Below, piece after piece: positions 60,290 to 64,000 of a stretch of 64,000 nt of DNA (the stretch's first letter is position 1; every line of letters starts with the position of its first letter). This stretch comes from Acanthaster planci (taxonomy: Eukaryota). The stretch covers positions 217,984 to 281,983 of the forward strand of contig NW_019091358.1 in the NCBI RefSeq assembly GCF_001949145.1, read 5' to 3'. The position numbers were made by a program, and so were the translations under genes. Below the pieces are notes generated by a model that saw nothing but the letters and a program-made list of their open reading frames with translations, made no database searches and was not told the origin of the DNA.

Positions 60290-63200
60290 GAGCCGTTTTA
60301 CTGCTGATTACATAGCGAAATTGCGCACCATAAAATCACATGCACTCATAGAAAAGGACAAAACCCCAGAGGCCTATAGCTTGAAATTTCGCACAGCGTC
60401 CAAGAAGGCAGAAGAGAGTTTTGAAGAGTTCTCAACCCGACTTGAACTGTATCTTCGCCGATGACTGGTGCCAAAAGAAGAGACAGCAGTGTCTTCTGAC
60501 TTCAAAAGGATGACACACCTCATCCTGATTGATCAGTTTTTATCATTAATAAGTAGTGATACTCTCCGTACAAAGCTGCAGGAAAAGAAGGTTGAGACTG
60601 TCCAGGCCCTTGCCCGGTTAGCCGATGAGCATGTTCTTCATCGCAAAACGTAAGCATCCTTCAAGCTCCAAGGAAGACCGCAGCCAACTTATCCAGCAGC
60701 CCAGTCAACAACAAATCGACAACAGGACACAAAACCTGAGAGTACAAATCAGAACCACAGCGCGATGTCCAGTGCACCTCAGAGGCGCACAGGAATGTTT
60801 GAGGCTGTATGCTTCCGGTGTCGCCAACTTGGACACAAAGTAGCAGATTGCCCCCTCCAAACCCTAACGAGGCCAACGCCAACCGTGAAACAGGCATCTA
60901 ATGTGAAGCCGACCAAGTCCGCAGACAAGACTGTTAAGTCTACTGAGGAGTCCCAGGTGAATTTTGGCTGAGACAGGCAAGGACAGTGGTGGCCTGTACA
61001 TCATTGCGAGAGTGAATGGTCGCGACGTGAAGGCGTTACTGGACACCGGTTCTGCCATTTCACTCATCGACGAAGAACTGTGTATCGATCTGGGGTTACC
61101 TGTTACCCTGGGGTCCTCCCTAGGACCGTTAACCACTGTAGATGGCACCAAGTTCTACACTTTCGGTGTTGCTGTTGACAGAATTGAGGTCACCGGAGTT
61201 GACGTTTCAGTGAATCTCTATCAGGTCCAGACACTGCCTGTGTCAGTGTTGCTGGGAAGAGATTTTCTTCGACAGGCAAAGTTGCTGATCGACTTCGAGG
61301 ACAACTCCTACTGGATTGAATCTGGCCCAGACGAGCCCCGTCTCAAGTGACCCCTTCTGATCCAGGACGCAGAGGGGAACCCGACTGCTGATGTTGCGGA
61401 GCCCCCACCCCCTTGCCTAGTGAGGTGACACCGGAGATATGTGCTGTTGACACTACGGAACCAGTTGCAGAGCAATTGTCCGATACTGATATTTTAGCCG
61501 AAATGAGCCAGCTCTGTGAGGAGTATCCTGAAGTCTTCCCAGAGACACCGGGCAGGTCTGCCCTTATCTACCACAACACTGATACAGGGACTGCAAAGCC
61601 TATTCGAGGTCCAGTCTACCGTTTGTCTGCTGACCGACAACAGTCACTTAGGCGCCAACTGTAGGATATGCTATCTGACGGTCGCATTGAGTCTTCGTTC
61701 TCGCCATGGGCCTCACCGGTCATGATGGTCCCTAAATCTCAGCTTGGCAATTACCGGCTTTGTGTTGACTACAGAGGCCTCAATTGTGTCACAAAAATTG
61801 AGACGTACCCGATGCCGAACATAGACTCCATCTTAGAGTCCCTGCATGGTGCCACTGTCTTTAGTTCCCTTGATCTGAAGAGCAGATCCCACCAGATGGT
61901 CCTCACCCCTGATCATCGGGAGACAACAGCATTTGTTTGTGAAGAAGGCCTGTATCAGTTTACAGTGTTGCCTTTTGGGGTTGTTAATGGGCCGGCAAGC
62001 TTTCAGCGTTTGCTGGAGGTAGTCCTGCAAGGCCTCATCGGGAAGATCTGTTATGTCTACTTGGACGACATTGTCCTCATCACCAGCCCAACACCTTGAA
62101 GATCTCCGCCAAATTCTAGATCGGTTGCAGGAGGCAGGGTCGACGGTGAACTACAAGAAGTGTTCCTTTGGGTGCAGGTCAATGGTTTATCTTGGTCACG
62201 TGATTGGCGGAGATGGGCTTCGCACTTCACCAGAGAAGGTTCAGGCAATTTTTGACTACCCTGTTCCAAGGAATCGCAAACAGCTGGAGAGGTTCTTGGG
62301 AATGATTTCCTAGTATGGGAAGTTTATTCCTCACCCTGCCACTCTTCCTGCTCCATGGAACCGTCTTAGACAGAAGACAGTTGCATGGGACTGGACAGAG
62401 GAGAGTTCCACATCTTTTGGGGAGTTGAAGCACGTTCTTGCATCAGAGCCAGTCCTGTATACGCTGACTTGAGTCGGCCGTTTGTTGTTCACACCGACGC
62501 TAGCGACTCTGGGCTTGGTGCAGTCCTGCTTCAGGGGTCCAATGGAGAGCTATGTGCAGTTGCATATGCGAGCCGTTCCCTGGATGCACCAGAACGGAAC
62601 TATAGCACCACTGAGCGGGAGTGTTTGGCTGTCGTGTGGGCGCTTGAGAAGTGGAGGATTTACTTAAGGGCAAGAGGTTTCAGGTTGTCACGGATCACCA
62701 AGCTTTGACATGTCTCTTTCGGAAGGCTCGTCTGGCTGGCAGACTTGCAAGTGAGTTTTAAGGTTGCAAGATTTCACCTTTGATGTCACTTATCGGCGTG
62801 GTGTGCATCATGTTGTGCCAGATGCGCTTTCCCGGGTTCATGAGGCTTCATTAGTTGGTATTGTTCATCACAAGGCTCCTCATCAAATTTCAGACGGTGT
62901 TGATAGTCAGTTGCCACCATCAGGTGTCCCTGACACTTCCTTGCAGAGTGATGGTAGTAATGAGGGTGACTGTGCTGCTTCACGTTGTTTGCGGCTGTCT
63001 GATGATGTCATCAACCGGACCCAGTGTGATGGTTGCCAGCAAGGGTACCAAATGGCATGTGTCCACATTAGACGGAAACAGGCCGTTGATTTGCCCACAT
63101 ATTCACGAATATCTGCTGGTGGTGGTTGAGTATTATTCTAAATGGGTGGAAGCTATTCCGATCCGCAGGGCCACAGGCAGAGAGGTCGCCAGTATAATCG

Positions 63201-63868
63201 TTAGACAGCTTTTCTGCAAATATGGCGCTCCCAAGAAGTTACTCTCTGACAACGGGTCGCAGTTCACCTGTTAGGCTCTTGCAGCAGTTTGCCAGGAATG
63301 GGGGTACGGCAACTGTATATCTCCCCATATCACCCGCAGAGCAACTGGGTCGAGAGAGTTAACAGAAATCTGAAGGGCATGATGCATGCTTATGTGGGAG
63401 ATGATCATCGCACATGGGATGTGCATGTCGCTGAGTTCTCCTTCGCTTTGAACACTGCCAAGCATGAGACGACTGGAGTTCCACCGTCCCGGCTGGTGTT
63501 TGGTAGACATCTTGTTAGTTCAGTTGGGAATAGATGGAGCACCGTGGACCATGACATCCCGGAAGACGAGTCTGAGCCGAGACAGCAGGTGGAGACACAG
63601 CGGCAACAGGCCAAGCAGAAGCAGAAAACACACTACGACAAGCGTAGACGTCCCCCAGCTATTGTGGGAAAACCAGCAAGTTATGGTCCGTACTCATCCC
63701 AAGTCAGATGCACAGTCTCATTTCAGTGCCAAGCTGGCTCCGCAGTGGCATGGTCCCTTTCGGGTTGTGCAGCGACTGACTCCAGTGAATCTGAAGTTGG
63801 CCAGTTTGGATGACCCTGCCAAGGAACTCAATGTTCATGTTGACTAAGTCAAGCCTTTTGGTGATTGA
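60290..63868 (+). mobile_element. Ty3/Gypsy element C, decayed, 5'-truncated
   Basis: Parts in order: gag (TPEAYSLKFR...EEFSTRL...LIDQFL...LADEH; CFRCRQLGHKVADC); protease ALLDTGS; RT (SPWASPVMMVPK, LCVDYRGLN, YLDD); RNase H ([20 protein letters not shown]); PHD-like finger; integrase (SDNGSQF, YHPQSNWVERVNR, WHGPF). No LTR is seen. Confidence 0.93.
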
Positions 63869-64000
63869 GTCACCTTTTCTGTGCATTTAAGCACTTTGGG
63901 AAGTTTCGGCCTTTTGTTCAGTTTTCAAAAAAAAAAAAAATAAATAAATGCTTTCGACGGAGCAAGACGTGTCTCACATCGGTGTGATAATCTGGCCTCT

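Overview
This is eukaryotic (metazoan, invertebrate-like) genomic DNA, not prokaryotic. The left half holds the 3' exons of a spliced + strand host gene recognisable as LRRC9: exons at 4015-4083, 4514-4639, 20906-21098 and 25459-25647, plus a possible last exon at 31672-31727. Its introns are filled with transposon relics. These include a decayed Zator-type DDE transposase lying head-to-head with a coiled-coil+BEN-domain gene, an internally deleted piggyBac with TTAA duplications, MITEs and LINE relics. From about 31.8 kb onward the window is a dense TE cluster with six main parts. (1) A minus-strand Gypsy has a tRNA-Leu PBS, an extra spliced C2H2 zinc-finger ORF after integrase, and a small inserted element carrying a tRNA-like Pol III unit between ~85-bp inverted repeats. 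(2) A hAT transposase relic carries an in-frame tandem repeat. (3) A plus-strand Gypsy has a 1.3-kb LTR with CTCF-like motifs. (4) A hAT-like TIR element follows. (5) Nested in it is an intact 2040-aa Bel/Pao retrotransposon whose LTRs fall in the two assembly gaps. (6) A further decayed Gypsy has a PHD finger between RNase H and integrase. All family assignments come from motif recognition by eye; no database searches were run.
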